DNA of 64,000 nucleotides from NCBI GenBank assembly GCA_964016885.1, contig OZ024759.1:9548001-9612000 (forward strand). Direction: 5' to 3'. The notes under the pieces were generated by a model. That model did no database searches. It saw only the letters and a list, made by a program, of their open reading frames with translations, and was not told the origin of the DNA. Below are positions 37,770 to 50,040 of this stretch, piece by piece. This DNA is from Eledone cirrhosa (lineage: Eukaryota). A program made the translations under genes and the position numbers. Each line of letters opens with the position of its first letter. The first letter of the stretch is position 1.

Positions 37770-38770
37770 TTGGTAAATAATATACTTGTTCTTCTCTTCA
37801 TCATATCCTCGTGTTGGAGGACTTTCTCTTTGTCAACATGTCCCAGTCAGTCGTTGGAGTGTCATACTAGATGTGCAGTCGTGCTTTACAATCATGAGTT
37901 CGATTCTCGTAGCAAGCTTCTGAAGGACTTGTGCTTGATTCTGATAGTTACTTTACCGTGGCAGAATCTCCTTTGGCCCTGCTAGATTCTGGTTATTAAT
38001 ATTAACCAGAATCTTTTGAGAACTGTTGTCTTTGGTCAGAGTGAATATTTCACCCGTCTCCGTAACACACACACACACACACTTAATATGCATTTTTAGT
38101 TTAATATTCTTTTTATTGATAATGTACGTAAATGACTTTCATTTCTTTTTACAGATGTCCAGCCATCAAGATCATATGCTGTGTTGTTTGCCGTAACAAG
38201 TGGGAATGTCGTAGTTTCTTTTAATAAATATACGAGAAAACTAATCGCTATACACACACACACACATCTTTTAATAAAGAAAGTTTACATCATATATACG
38301 AATTGTACTCAGTTTATTTTGAGAAAAATGAATAAAGAAAGTTTACATATTATATACGAATTGTGTTCACTTAATGTTGACAAAAATGAATAAAGAAATC
38401 AAGAGTCTAGAAGAAACCGAGTTCGCCGTGATATAAAGAACGTAAGTGTTTATGAAGTTTCTAAATAAAGAAACTAAGAGTTAGATAAAGTTTCTTGTAA
38501 GAAACTGAGAATGAAGAAGTTTCTAAATAAAGAAACTAAGAGGTAGATAAAGTTTCTTGAAAGAAACTGAGATTAATGAAGTTTCTAAATAAAGAAACTA
38601 AGAATGTTTTTGAAATTATCGAAAAAAAAATCTATGAAATAAGACCTCGTTTTAATTTTTTTATTAAAGGGAGGTAACTCTGTAATATTTTGAACCGAAT
38701 TACCTCCCTTTGAAACACCTTCGTCACCGTCGTTACCACCGTCGGCACCTTCGTAACCGTCGTCACCATT

Positions 38771-39020
38771 ACCGCCGCCGCCTGGTGGCGGAGGTAAAGG
38801 TACCGACGAAGACGAAGGTGCACCGTCGTCTTCGTCGGTACTTTTACCTCCGCCACCAGGTGGCGGCGGTAAAGACACCGACGACGACGAAGGTGCACCG
38901 TCGTCTTCGTCGGTGTCTTTACCGCCGCCACCTGGTGGCGGAGGTAAAAGTACCGACGAAGACGACGGTGCACCTTCGTCTTCGTCGGTACCTTTACCTC
39001 CGCCACCAGGCGGCGGCGGT
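38771..39020. repeat. GC-rich apex of alternating hairpin modules A (25 bp) and B (50 bp): A-B-A-B-A-B-A, 75-bp period
   Basis: A = ACCKCCGCCACCWGGTGGCGGMGGT at 38771, 38846, 38921 and 38996. B = AAAGGTACCGACGAAGACGAAGGTGCACCGTCGTCTTCGTCGGTACTTTT-like at 38796, 38871 and 38946. Confidence 0.95.
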
Positions 39021-42000
39021 AATGGTGACGACGGTTACGAAGGTGCCGACGGTGGTAACGACGGTGACGAAGGTGTTTCAAAGGGAGGTAATTCGGTTCA
39101 AAATATTACAGAGTTACCTCCCTTTAATAAAAAAATTAAAACGAGGTCTTATTTCATAGATTTTTTTTTCGATAATTTCAAAAACATTCTTAGTTTCTTT
39201 ATTTAGAAACTTCATTAATCTCAGTTTCTTTCAAGAAACTTTATCTACCTCTTAGTTTCTTTATTTAGAAACTTCTTCATTCTCAGTTTCTTACAAGAAA
39301 CTTTATCTAACTCTTAGTTTCTTTATTTAGAAACTTCATAAACACTTACGTTCTTTATATCACGGCGAACTCGGTTTCTTCTAGACTCTTGATTTCTTTA
39401 TTCATTTTTGTCAACATTAAGTGAACACAATTCGTATATAATATGTAAACTTTCTTTATTCATTTTTCTCAAAATAAACTGAGTACAATTCGTATATATG
39501 ATGTAAACTTTCTTTATTAAAAGATGTGTGTGTGTGTGTATAGCGATTAGTTTTCTCGTATATTTATTAAAAGAAAGTACGACATTCCCACTTATTACGG
39601 CAAACAACACAGCATATGATCTTGATGGCTGGACATCTGTAAAAAGAAATGAAAGTCATTTACGTACATTATCAATAAAAATAATATTAAACTAAAAATG
39701 CATATTAAGTGTGTGTGTGTGTGTGTGTTACGTAGACGGTGAAATATTCACTCTGACCAAAGACAACAGTTCTCAAAAGATTCTGGTTAATATTAATAAC
39801 CAGAATCTAGCAGGGCCAAAGGAGATTCTGCCACGGTAAAGTAACTATCAGAATCAAGCACAAGTCCTTCAGAAGGTTGCTACGAGAATCGAACTCATGA
39901 TTGTAAAGCACGACTGCACATCTAGTATGACACTCCAACGACTGACTGGGACATGTTGACAAAGAGAAAGTCCTCCAACACGAGGATATGATGAAGAGAA
40001 GAACAAGTATATTATTTACCAACTGTATATATATATATATATAAGTGTGCGTGTGTGTGTGTATATATATATATATGTGTATATATATATATGTGTGTTT
40101 ATATATATGTCTGTGTGTGTGTATATATATGTCTGTGTGTGTGTATATATATATATATGTCTGTCTCTGTGTGTGTATATATATATATATATGTCTGTCT
40201 CTGTGTGTGTATATATATACATATAAATGAAGTAATTCCGTCGGACAAGTCCAGGTAAAAAGAGTGCTCTATGTAGGTAACAGAGCTTAACAGTTATAGA
40301 TTGCATTTTTGTTTTTAGAATCCAATATCAATAAAGACACCAGGATTTTTTCATTCTGATGATTGAAAGCAACATTTTTTGCTTTTAAGAAACCACTGGT
40401 AAATGGAATAATTGCTTTATGTTGTTTATTACATAACTATATATACATATATATAAATATATGTCTGTGTGTGTATATAAATAGCGACGAGTTTATATAT
40501 ATATTAGAAAGCGAACAACACAAACTACTCCATTACCAAAGGTTTCTGGATCATAGACAATAGTAAACGTCTGGATCGGTCGTCAGACAGAGATGTTATC
40601 TTATTTGCCAACTTAAATAATATAGAAATACGCTAAATTCTATTTGATATGACCGAGAAATGTGTGAGGTGACATTACATTGGAAATACAACACGTGGAG
40701 GTGGGGCAGCAGCTAAACAAAACTATTGGTTAATTATTGCTGACATTATGGAGGGAAATAAACGGAAAATGTTTAAGTGAAACTCTTCAATATAAAATAA
40801 AGATTTACTAGCGTTGTCTCACGTTTCTCTAGATCAGTCTGTAGAAATGAGTTGGACAACATCAGTGGCGTGGGGAGGGAAGACTGCTGGTCTTCCACAA
40901 ACAACGTTGCCCGGTCTCGGAGGGGAACTTTTTAGATGAAAATCCCATGGTCAATCGTGAGGGTCTTTACCCTTATATATATATATGTGTGTGTGTATGT
41001 GTGTGTAAGATTGAAGAATAACATGGTCGGCTGCACAAAAAGGTTTTATTTCTAGTATTATCAAAAGTTTCATTGATCAGGTGAGTCTAAAGGCCGCTAA
41101 TCACTCGACCTTAAATACAGTGTTTACCTCTGATCAGAGGTAAACACTATAAAATGTCGAGAAAGATTCTATATGAAACGTGTTTTCTGAAAAGTGTGTA
41201 TCTAAGAGAATGTATGTGTATAGAAAACTATATCCGTTATTGACATAAAGTGTATATATTAGTCCTAGTAGCAAAGAAAACATTACATACCTCTTTACAT
41301 GAAAGTAATATCCAAAATGGTTCTCTTCCAAAGAACCGGAAGTCACTTAAAAAAAAAGAAGAGTTTAAAAAAAGGGAGATAAATACATTAAAATTTTAGA
41401 GCAAAAATCGAGTTAAGTTCGAATGTAGTAAGAAGTAACTAAGGTTCTATTCCAACTGTCTTCTTAGAACCCTTGAAAGTTACTTACATTCTTGGAAGAC
41501 AGTTAGATTAGAACCTTAGCTACTTCTTACTACATTCTTGACTCACTTAGATTCGAACCTTTGATACTTCAAGGTTCTTGGAAGACAGTTGGATTCGAAC
41601 CTTCAATACTTTCTTTATATACTTGAAGGTTCTTGATACTTAGATGGTTACATTCTTGGACGACTATTGGATTCGAACCCTTAATGATACTTTTTACATT
41701 ATTGATTTTTATTGATACTTTTCATTCTCTTTATGTTACTTACTACTTTTGGACGACTGTTACATTCGAACCCTTGATGGTTCTTTCTCTGATATTTCTT
41801 TCCTTTTCACATTATTGATATTTCTATTCTCTTTCCTTAGATTGTAACCATTGGTGATACTGTCTATTTTTGGAGCGACTGTTTGATTTGAAACCTTGAT
41901 GAGGCTGTTTAAACATTCTTAGTGTCTTTGTCAAAATAAACTGAACACAATTCGTATATAATATGTAAACTTTATTCATTTTTGTCAAAATAAACTGAAC

Positions 42001-42158
42001 ACGATTCGTATATATGTAAGCTTTCTTAACAGAGAGTTCGCCATTCTTTACAGCTTGAAGGCTGGATATCTAAAAGTAATAAAAGTCATTTACATACGTT
42101 ATCAATGAAAAGAATATTAAACTTTATAGAATTCTTCCAAGTTTGTTTTTTATTAGAT

Positions 42159-42712
42159 ACTAGCAGAATGGCCCGACGTTGTTCGGGATTTGCTCTAGGG
42201 TTCTTATATATTTATCCTTATCGAGCCTCGCGAAATAAATACGTTTGTTTATATTTTGCTATTGTATATGCAAAAATATCTGTACACGAATATATAATTA
42301 TATATATTAAAATAACAGATTAATTTTTAAGCAAAGAATCGCTGCTTTTACCCTTAACGGGATCTTCTGAAACTAAAAAAATCAATCTGTGAACGCAGAA
42401 GTAAATATTTCGAAAAACGTTGCAATCGAAGGAAAACAGGAAGACTATTTGCAGACAGTTAGGCATACAGACAGATATTATAAGGGCGTGACGTTATATG
42501 TATGTATCTATCTAAAAAGAGAAAGACTAAGAATTATAGAGAGAGATCGCTAAATCGCCTAATGCATTGAAAATTTGAAATTTATTTTGCTCAAAACACC
42601 ACTCACGGGACCATAAGTACTACATGTGTAAAGTTTGAATAAAACTCGGTTGGGTGGTTCTCGAGTTTTAGTAATCTTATGCTATATACTACATTTCTAG
42701 AAATGTAGATAT
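42159..42712 (+). mobile_element. Non-autonomous Helitron-like element; truncated mirror copy at 34649-35066
   Basis: 5' end TACTAGCAGAATGGCCCGACGTTGTTCGGG, internal TGTGTAAAGTTTGAATAAAACTCGGTTGGGTGGTTCTCGAG, and 3' hairpin CTACATTTCTAGAAATGTAG. The empty site is seen at ~48515. Confidence 0.6.
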
Positions 42713-42719
42713 ATCATAA

Positions 42720-43030
42720 GATGTACTGAAGGACAATGTAAAGATAAGAATATAGTGTACATAGGTGAGACAGCTCGTAGTATAGGAGAACGGTTAAATG
42801 AACACTGGCGAGAGCTTCAAGATAAAAAAGAATCATCAATACTCCACCAACATGCTAAAATAGAACATAAGGGCATATTAGAGAACATAGAAATAAAAAT
42901 AGAATCTACACACAGAAAAGACGCAATGTTTAGTCAAATCACAGAGGCAATAAACATAAATGAACTCCAACCAAAATTAAATAGAAAACATGAATGGAAT
43001 AGCAACATCACAACTTACAGTTAAGGACAA
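42720..43030 (+). mobile_element. Penelope-like GIY-YIG endonuclease C-terminal fragment
   Basis: YIGETARSIGERLNEH...SILHQH...ITEAININELQPKLNRKHEW. A related remnant lies at 57940-58640. Confidence 0.85.
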
Positions 43031-43714
43031 AATGAAAACACACACACACATAGAACAAACAACCAACCAGTAGCATTTAAATAAACAAATAAAAACACAC
43101 ACAGACACCCGGATGTAACACATGCGCAAACTAAGTACACAACACACACAAAAACAAGATGGCGTAGGACAGAACAAAGGAGAGGCACAAAAACAAAGAA
43201 AAGAATCCCCAATCACTGAAAAGGTCACAGAATTTGTGGCGAAAGAACTTTGACAATATATGAACAACCGTCCGGTTGTGGAACCAACCAACCAGCCAAC
43301 CAGAAATTTATAAAATCCTAAATTTATAAATTTAATTTATAATAAATTGGAGTGAAAGCAACTGGTGCGTGTGTTTCTTATTGACAACATGACCCTCCCA
43401 AAGTATAACAAAATTAGTATACTTATAGGTAAAATTTTATTCATTTAAAAAAAAATATAGAAACGGAAAAGGAGGTAACACGTCTCAAAATATATTTCAT
43501 GTGTTATCTCACATTCCGTTTCGATATTTAAATTAATTTAGAATCTACAAGTATTTTGTACATATATACAGAACAATTATTATGGAGATAAAAATATGTA
43601 CACATATGTGTGGGTGTGTGTATATATATACATAAGTTTATGAATAATTATATATGTGTATATATACATATACAAAGTGTCTTGCTCAAGGAAACAACAC
43701 ATCACCCAATTCTC

Positions 43715-43986
43715 AGACCGAGTGATGTGTTGTTTCCTTGAGCAAGACACTTTATTTCACATTGCTCCAGTTTACTCAGCTGTAGAAATGAGATTATAGG
43801 GACTGGGATCCCTATCATTCCACTGTAAAGTGGTCGTGGAGGTGCCACGGCAAAAAAGCACCCAGCACTCACTGTAAATGAGGTTGGTGTTAGGAAGGGC
43901 ATCCAGCTGTAGAAATCAAGCCAGAATCAGTTCCCGTCCCACCCTTGCAAGCAGGTAAAAAGCGGACGTAAAATGAAATGATGATG
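43715..43986 (+). mobile_element. CORE-type SINE, 5'-truncated, preceded by a short inverted duplication (43674-43752)
   Basis: AAAGTGTCTTGCTCAAGGAAACAACACATCAC pairs with GTGATGTGTTGTTTCCTTGAGCAAGACACTTT. Confidence 0.85.
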
Positions 43987-46900
43987 AAATGAAATTATAC
44001 AGACATATGTATATGTTTCAAGGAAGATGATAAGCTACAGGAGAGGTTCACAGTAGAAGTGAGGAACAGGTTCAGTGCTCAGAGGAGAGAGAGATTGGAG
44101 GGACTAAGGAGAGTGTGACGGGGAGGTACCGGTACTTCACCAATGCAAGTGAGACCCTGGTGCCGAGGAAAGAGAAGAAGAGGAAGCATCGTCAGCTCTG
44201 ATAGAGAAGATCAGAAGTGTGGAGAGAGCGGTTGACAGGTCTAGGTGTAAGGAGAGCTGGATGATCATCAACGAGATCACAGGGAGGAAGAGAGGGGGTT
44301 CGAGTCAGATCCAGGGAACAGGGCCCGAGAATATGAAGAGGAAATAGCTGAGGGCCCTGTTCCCTGGATCTGACTCGAACCCTTTCTCTTCCTCGTTGAT
44401 GATCATCCAGCTCTCCTTATATATATAGAAACTTCAAAGGTTCATTTACATATTAATAACATTTCGAAAAGAAACGCCAGCCACCTATACTGGAAGTCCG
44501 AGACTCAGTTCGCATGCCACCGCGAAGGCCGCAATTCTACTGAGTAAATTAATGGTACTTATGGCTACTTGGGAAATATTTTGATAAAAAAAAAATAGTA
44601 TATGCAAAGGGAACAAATATTTTTTTCATAAGACAATTATTAACGCATTGGTGGTGTTGTGAAGATGGGGTTTTCAATGTCTGCCAACGGAGTGTTTAGG
44701 GGGTTTAATTGTGGAGGTTTATCGAAGTTTGATGGTGACCGTGTTCTACAATTGAGGATCCTTTGATGACTGCAAGACCTTATGATGGAGATGCAAATTA
44801 GACATGTCTCTAAATCTTTGTTTACAGTCAAGCGATAGCCACAGAAGATTATATAGGTTAGACATGTCTTTTAACCGCTCTTTTGGCGTACATGCGTTGG
44901 CCACAAAATATTACAGGACATTGAGCCTTCGAGATGGAAAGAGACTGAGGTGGGAAAGACACTTCCACTGAAATATCTACTGCCTGTACAGTCACCAAAG
45001 GAAGTATAGACTGACATTGACAACCACAAGTGCACCCCGTAACAACACACACATATCACCAGCAATGCATCAACAATTTACAAATGAAAAATATATTAAT
45101 ACCTGAATTACAATCGATACAAATGTGACTAATACGTACCTTGATGTATTCCAGGTTTAAGGACACATGACCCCAGTTCTTGTGATGTTAAAATACAGGT
45201 CAACCTTTTATAAGCTGCCTTAGATGTAAACGGTAAGGAGGGACTGTATATCAGGGACACATCCTTACATGTAATTGTAGGCCGTATGGAGGTACAGCTA
45301 CCATAATAGACTATAAAGGGGACGTTAGATGCAACTGTAGGCCGCGTGGAAGGACAGAATACTGTATATCAGTGACGTTAAAAGACAGACCCATCCTTAG
45401 ATGTAACTGTGGACGGTAAGGAGGGACAGCTACCACAATATGCTGGAAGACAAACACAACCTTACAGCTGCCGTGTGGGGGGACAGCTACCACAGTATAC
45501 TGTATAACAGGGACGTTACAAGACAGACACAAACTTATATTACGTTTAACTGTGGTTCTTATGGAGGGAGAGCTACCACAATATACTGTAAATAAAGGAC
45601 GTTTAAAGGACAAACACAACCTTAGATGTAACAGTATATCACGTTAAAAGGCAGGCCCGGCTCTCTAGACTGTAAGTAAACTTAAAGATGGAGGTATTCC
45701 ACCAGCCTACACCCATATCACCATTGGCGAGACTGAACTAAACAGTCCATCATATCAGCTGCCTGGGCAGCATCTTCACATCACATGCCAAGATTGAGAG
45801 GGAAATCCGCAACAGACTGGCAAAGGTGACCAGTGGATTTGATAGACTGTACTAACGTGTGGAAGATTAAACATGAAGCTGGACAGTAAGAAGTTGTGTA
45901 GGAGAAAGGTTCGTAGGTATGGCTATTTCCAGTCGAGGTGGGCTGCAGGGAATCATCGGCTTAATCAGTATGGAGGATGCTCACAATCATTGGAATGACA
46001 GGACGAGAGAAGAAGGCTGCAGTTCGCAGGATGAGGGAGGCTTTGGAGAAGGAGAGAGGGGATTGAGGGTAAATATTCCCAATGAACGAAGGGCACGGAT
46101 ATCAACCTCAAGGCTATGTCCATCGAAGGCGAATGAACCCGAGGACATAATTATGCCTATATATCATCATCAACGTTTAATGTCTATCTTCCACGCTAGA
46201 ATGGATTAGACGAGTCTGTCCCATTTAGAGGCAAGTTCGGTGGGGTGACCGCTCATATATATATAAGCAGGATCGAAGTCAATTGCAGCATATATATAAA
46301 CTTTATTGGCATATTGCAATCGTATCAATATCGATCATCTCAGGGTACAATCATAATTACGGACTTACGTAACATATGTGTGTGGGAGTGGCGATTGAAT
46401 AACTGGAATAGTTAAAACACCCGAGAAAACCTCTCCAGAATACAAAATTAATTTACAACAGTTTCAGAAAATGTTTAGCACTGTTGAAGAATTGAATCAA
46501 CAATTTAAGGTCTTTGATCTCAATCTTGAAAGAAGCATTTAAATACACTGAAATATTAACAACTAGGAAGAGTTTTAAAGAAATACACTCGACATATTTT
46601 CTGTGAATAAAAAAGAAACATGTTGAATTTTATTGTTTATTTTCAGCATGAATTGGATCACGTGGTCTGTGTATTTCATTAGGAATATGGTAAGAGACTT
46701 CCCCTGGATAGGACGCCAGTCGATTGCAAGATTAAAGTCTGTCTCAAATCCGGAGCCTCATTAGACCGGTGTTTATCCGAATCAGTTAGTCGGCTGAAAA
46801 TACAGGAACCTCACCTGGACAGAACGCCAGTCTATCACAGAGTTACACCCCATGATACTACTGGTACTCATTTTCACCTAAGTATACTGGAGCCACGTGA

Positions 46901-48374
46901 AATGAAGTGTTTTGCTCAAGAACACAACACGATCAAGAATCGACCTTATGACATTATGATCGTAAGTCCAACACTGTAACCACTATGCGAAGAAATACTG
47001 AAGTTCCACACGGTGTGTGACAAGACTGACTCAATTACAGGTACAGGCTTCCAGAATAGATGCTGTCTACTAAATTTCCCTCATGGGTCAACTAAAGTTT
47101 ATGATGACCCTTGCCCAAGATGTCATTCTCTCACCTAATGATTGAGAATTCACGTGGGGAAAGTTAATCGATATCGATCTATTAACACTGATCAATACTT
47201 CAACCATGATCACCAGAAAAACAGACGTACACTGTTCTTGGACTATTAAAGGCGAAAACAAAACTTAGGTGTATAGAACTAAATTTACGACATTACAAGA
47301 CGGAAGATAAGATTCCCCCATCGACAAAGTCAAATGGGAGAAAAAGGGTTTAAAACATAGATGGTGAACAGCTGGACTTATTGTGTGTAACTCGGAAAGA
47401 TCGCAAGAGGTGGGCAACAATCGAAACGACCACGTTAGATTGTTAATTGGGAATGAGTTAGAATACGTAAACAAGAGAACTAGAAGGTGTAAATAGTATA
47501 TCATACGAAAGAGACTAAGAGGGAAAGATTTACAAACCTCAACATAATATAGAAATCTACGTTACCTTTCGGAAAGCTGCTATTGTCCATTGTTAAACCA
47601 TTTAGCAAGAGTTTTTGTAAAGCTTGTAAAATTCTACAAGCTGACGGCCATTTTTTTTCTTGTTTTGAATGCGCAAGCGCGAGATTTAGAAATCTAGTGC
47701 GCATGTTTCAATTATACTGACCATGCTACAGCACCCTCTAAGATCCTTGGGCATGCTACAGCACCTTCTAAGATGCCTGGCCATGCTACAGCACTAGTTA
47801 ATCTATAATTACATGCGTAATTCCCAGGGAAATTCAGTATTATAAGACTGGCCATTGTCAATTACAGATGAGACACAGTTTCTGTTTACCCAGTTTCACA
47901 TGGGGTGTGATCGAATCTGGGACTTAAAGATGGCGAAATAAACCCACAAGTTAGTCGATATCGATCTTTACAAACACTGATAGACAGTTAACCAATGATT
48001 AGTATACAGCGGAAGAAAGTGATCGAAAAATGAAATGAATTTACAATTGTTTTAGGTTTACGTATGACTCAAGAGCACCAGCAATAAGTGGGGGGTTAAC
48101 CCTGTGATGGACTTACGTTCGGGGGGGGGGGGGGAGTCTTGTACTCTCAGTCACTTTAGGGGATAAGCTTTTCGCGACAGACCAGAGAATCCGGGGCAAT
48201 CTTGATTGTATGCCCCTAAGACTCAAGTATAAGGCTTCATATACTGAGAAAGGAAAACATTTTCAATATATAAACGCTTTATTCGATTTTAATATAAATC
48301 AATCGAATTTATTAAGTTACTTTCCCCAAAGGATGTCCCCTCTTCACATACTTTGGAGATTCAAGACAATCGGC

Positions 48375-50040
48375 CCATTTTTTTTTTAGATATCATGACC
48401 GTGTTAACTGGATCGATATCACTTTAACATAGAACCATTTACATTCTTAGTTTCCTTCGTTAGTTACCTCCCTTGATGTAGGAAAAGGTTTTCTTGTTTC
48501 CTCTTTTTAAATGTATATATAATAAAAAACAAACTTGGAAGAATTTTATAAAGTTTAATAATCTTTTTATTGATAACGTATGTAAATGTCTTTTATTTTT
48601 TTTTTACAGATGTCCAGCCTTCAAGGTGATATGCTGTGTTGCCGTAAAAAATGGCGAACTCTCTGTTAAGAAAGTTTACATATATACGAATCGTGTTCAG
48701 TTTATTTTGACAAAAATGAATAAAGTTTACATATTATATACGAATTGTGTTCAGTTTATTTTGACAAAGACACTAAGAATGTTTAAACAGCCTCATCAAG
48801 GTTTCAAATCCAACAGTCGCTCCAAAAATAGACAGTATCACCAATGGTTACAATCTAAGGAAAGAGAATAGAAAATATCAATAATGTGAAAAGGAAAGAA
48901 ATAGAGAAAGAACCATCAAGGGTTCGAATGTAACAGTCGTCCAAAAGTAGTAAGTAACAGAAAGGGAATGAAAAGTGACTATCAATAAAAGGCAACAATA
49001 TAAAAAGTGTCATTAAGGGTTTGAATCCAACAGTCGTCCAAGAATGTAGTAACCATCAAGGGTTCCAAGTATCAAGAACCTTCAAGTATGTAAAGAAAAT
49101 ATTGAAGGTTCGAATCCAACTGTCTTCCAAGAACCTTGAAGTATCAAAGGTTTGAATCTAAGTAAGTCAAGAATGTAGTAAGAAGTATCTAAGGTTCGAA
49201 TCCTACTGTCTTCCAAGAATGTAAATAACCTTCAAGGGTTCTAAGAAAGTAGTAAGAAGTATCTAAGAAGACAGTTAGATACTTCTTACTACATTCTTGA
49301 CTTACTTAGATTCGAACCTTTGATACTTCAAGGTTCTTGGAAGACAGTTGGATTCGAACCTTCAATACTTTCTTTACATACTTGAAGTTTCTTGATACTT
49401 AGAACCCTTGATGGTTACTACATTCTTGGACGACTGTTGGATTCGAAGCCTTAATGACACTTTTTACATTGTTCACTTTTATTGATACTTACTTTTACCC
49501 TTTATGTTACTTACTATTTTAGACGACTGCTACATTCGAACCCTTGATGGTTCTTTCTCTAATTTTCTTTCCTTTTCACATTATTGATATTTTCTATTCT
49601 CTTTCCTTAGATTGGAACCATTGGTGATACTGTCTACATTGTTTATTGGACAACCATTTTCGGTCGAAACCTTGATGAGGCTGTTTAAACATTCTTAGTG
49701 TTTTTGTCATTCATTTTTATCAAAATAAACTGAGCACGATTCGTATATATGTATTGTTACGGCAACACAGCATATGACCTTGAAGGCTGGACATCTGCAA
49801 AAAGAAATAAAAGACATTTACATATGTTATCAATAAAAAGAATATTAAACTTTATAAATTCTTCCAAGTTTGTTTTTTATTATATATACATTTAAAAAGA
49901 GGAAACAAGAAAACCTTTTCCTACATCAAGGGAGGTAACTAACGAAATAAACTAAGAATGTAAATGGTTCTATGTTACGTCGGTTAAAGTGATATCGATC
50001 TAGTTAACACGATCATGATATCTATAAAAAAAAAAATGGG
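48375..50040. repeat. 1.66-kb imperfect foldback built from the same module as the arms of the giant palindrome, axis ~49270
   Basis: CCCATTTTTTTTTTAGATATCATGACCGTGTTAACT pairs with AGTTAACACGATCATGATATCTATAAAAAAAAAAATGGG. 48515-49250 is highly similar to 35066-35700. Confidence 0.9.

Larger units (their letters stand above)
34649..42575. repeat. Giant imperfect palindrome (~7.9 kb) with axis at 38895/38896
   Basis: Mirror ORFs 38585-38878(-)/38913-39206(+) and 38181-38393(+)/39398-39610(-). The outer ends AATTTTCAATGCATTAGGCGATTTAGCGATC and GATCGCTAAATCGCCTAATGCATTGAAAATT are reverse complements. Confidence 0.95.

Noticed and set aside
39160-39185. T-run-N9-CAAAA resembling the poxvirus concatemer resolution consensus
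   Set aside because: The motif is too degenerate in AT-rich DNA to count as evidence, and no viral genes are present.
38585-39206. Mirror-image Arg-rich and Pro/Gly-rich ORFs on both strands
   Set aside because: They are by-products of the GC-rich palindromic apex, use non-ATG starts and show no recognisable domain.
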